Assembly: GCA_963771175.1 (NCBI GenBank)
Contig: CAVYSY010000032.1
Span: 256,001 to 320,000 of the forward strand
DNA: 64,000 bases
Origin: an uncultured delta proteobacterium
Lineage (GTDB): Bacteria; Myxococcota; Myxococcia; Myxococcales; Myxococcaceae
Direction of reading: 5' to 3'
Part shown: piece by piece, positions 62,188-64,000 of the stretch
Layout: each line of letters starts with the position of its first letter
How positions within the stretch are numbered: position 1 is the first letter of the stretch
Made by a program: the position numbers and the translations under genes
Notes under the pieces: model-generated
What the model was told of the DNA's origin: nothing
The model's database searches: none
Seen by the model: only the letters and a program-made list of their open reading frames with translations

Positions 62188-64000
62188 TCAGAAAGTGCCG
62201 ATGCTGAAGTGGAGCTGGAACTCCGGCTCGTTGAGCGTCTGGTCCGGATCCAGGTTCACGCCGACGTCCAGGGCCAGCGGACCCACCGGCGTCTGGTAGC
62301 GCAACCCCGCGCCCGTCGTGTAGCGGAGCGCCGCGAGATCGAACTGTGCTCGGTCCAGCCAGAGGTTGCCCGCCTCCAGGAAGAGGCCCAGGTCGAAGGA
62401 GGAGCGCACGGGAATCCGCACCTCGCCCTTCGCCAGGGTGAAGAGCTGCCCGCCTTCACTGGTGGGCGATTGGCCGCCGAGGATGGCCAGCAGATCCGCG
62501 CCGCACCCCGCCGGATGGATGAGCGAGCGGCAGTCGGCCACCTGCCGCCGCAGCTCCGTGCGCCGATCCTCCGCGAGGAGACCATCCTCCCGGAAGCCGC
62601 GCAGGCTGCTGGAGCCGCCCAGGTAGAAGCGCTTGGGGCCGATGACCCAGGCCTGGTCCTCCAGCGGCACGATGGTGCCCGCACGCACCGACAGGGCCAG
62701 CACCGCCCGCGCGGGCAGCGGCGCGTACATGCTCACGTTCCCCGAGAGCTTCAACCCGTTGATGGGTTGTGCGTCCACCGGCTCGCCCACGCTGTTGAGC
62801 GGCCGCGAGCGGATGTCCCGCATCAGCTCGGCGGTGGTGGCCACCACCAGGCCCTTGCGCGGGTTGACCGGGTCATCCCGCAGGTCCACCGAGGCCGACG
62901 AGCGCAGCGAGTGCATGAAGAAGAAGCCGAAGGGGAAGCGCAGCCGCTCCTGGTCCGCGCGGCTCGGCGTGGTGAGCGTGCGGGAGCCCACCTCCATCAG
63001 GTTGCCCTCCAGCTCGTACTGCAGCGTGAAGTTCAGCCAGCGCGTCGCCGACCAGTCCAGGCCCGCCATTGCCGCCAGCCGGCTGGAGAGGTACGAGGGC
63101 CGGTGCACGCGCTCGCCGACCAGGTCGAAGCGCGCCCCCACCTCCGCCGGCAGCAGGCCGTAGAGCCGCGGCTGCACCGCCGACAGCACCAGGCGCCCAC
63201 CGAAGTCGTTCAGCCAGGACTCGGACGCCAGGCACTCCGCCGGTGGCGGCAGTCCCGCGTCGCTCACCCGCTTGCAGTCGAGGGCCTTCTCCAGCGCCGT
63301 CGCGTTCGCGCCCGCGTAGTTGATCTTCAACCGGCCCGACAGGTTGAGGCCACGCCCGTCGATGTTCGACCAGGTCGTGTCCGCCACCAGGCGCGGACCT
63401 TCGGCCAGGAAGTACCCGCCGGCGACCTCGCCCTCCAGACGCGGGCGCTCGCGCACCTCCACCACCACGTCCTTGCTGGCCTCCGGCACGTCCGACTTCT
63501 CCAGCCGCACCGTCACCTGCCGGAAGATGTTGAGGAGCGCCAGCCGGCGCTGGCTCTCGAACATCTTCTCGGGATCCAACACCTCGTCCTCCTTGAGGTG
63601 GATCGTCGCGCGCACCACCTCCTCGTTGGTGCGAGTCGCCCCTCGGATGAGCACGCGGCCCACCGTCACCCGGGGCCCTGGCTCCAACCGGTAGAGGACG
63701 CTCACGCCCTTGCCCGCCGGCTTCGGGTCCACGTCCCCACGCGCGAAGAGGTAACCCTTGCGCGCCAGCTCCGCGACGAGCGCCTGCCGCCCCCGCTCCA
63801 CCGCGTCGAGACTCATCGGCTCGCCCGGCTTCACCGGCACCAGCCGATGGCCGTCGAAGCCCGGCGGGCCGCCCTCGACGCGCACCTCGGCCACCTGCAT
63901 CTGCGTGCCCTCGTGCACGTCGAACCAGGCCACGGCCGTACGCCGCGCCAGGTCCACCCGCAGCCGGGTGAAGCGCACCTGCGCCTCCAGGAAGCCCCGC
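62188..64000 (-). CDS. Omp85/BamA-TamA family protein (5' part outside the window)
   Basis: POTRA repeats, FYLGGSSSLRGF, GLRYQTPVGPLALD, terminal FSIGTF. Confidence 0.9.
   Translation of the reverse strand, partial: RGFLEAQVRFTRLRVDLARRTAVAWFDVHEGTQMQVAEVRVEGGPPGFDGHRLVPVKPGEPMSLDAVERGRQALVAELARKGYLFARGDVDPKPAGKGVSVLYRLEPGPRVTVGRVLIRGATRTNEEVVRATIHLKEDEVLDPEKMFESQRRLALLNIFRQVTVRLEKSDVPEASKDVVVEVRERPRLEGEVAGGYFLAEGPRLVADTTWSNIDGRGLNLSGRLKINYAGANATALEKALDCKRVSDAGLPPPAECLASESWLNDFGGRLVLSAVQPRLYGLLPAEVGARFDLVGERVHRPSYLSSRLAAMAGLDWSATRWLNFTLQYELEGNLMEVGSRTLTTPSRADQERLRFPFGFFFMHSLRSSASVDLRDDPVNPRKGLVVATTAELMRDIRSRPLNSVGEPVDAQPINGLKLSGNVSMYAPLPARAVLALSVRAGTIVPLEDQAWVIGPKRFYLGGSSSLRGFREDGLLAEDRRTELRRQVADCRSLIHPAGCGADLLAILGGQSPTSEGGQLFTLAKGEVRIPVRSSFDLGLFLEAGNLWLDRAQFDLAALRYTTGAGLRYQTPVGPLALDVGVNLDPDQTLNEPEFQLHFSIGTF

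Overview
High-GC myxobacterial chromosome segment, probably Cystobacteraceae/Archangium-like (carF, GltJ-like gene, FYDLN protein, many lipoproteins). Most of it is core genome: nucleoside transport and salvage genes, two ComEC-like metallo-beta-lactamase genes with DUF3006, rnhA, rnpB, ftsY, ddl, oxyR-catalase-ankyrin, a short thrS, ldh, ctpA, envC-ftsX-ftsE, carF, murI, tolQRAB, ppx, an Old Yellow Enzyme, a plsC-like gene and an Omp85 gene. Many conserved genes carry small frameshifts clustered in patches, most likely long-read assembly errors. Three features are missed or unexplained by the ORF track. (1) A 29-aa peptide gene (MKIKTNIRGG-LASVYTISLGGGCRSYQLA, 38066-38155, minus strand) is followed by a stem-loop and a 595-aa protein of unrecognised family with an RRE-like N-terminus, making a candidate two-gene RiPP system. 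(2) A Thr-rich, apparently leaderless leader peptide with alternative hairpins lies upstream of an editing-domain-less ThrRS. (3) A low-GC lipoprotein/partner cassette, possibly toxin-immunity, sits between two copies of a ~670-bp stretch of an SLC13 transporter gene. All family calls come from motif recognition by eye; no database searches were run.
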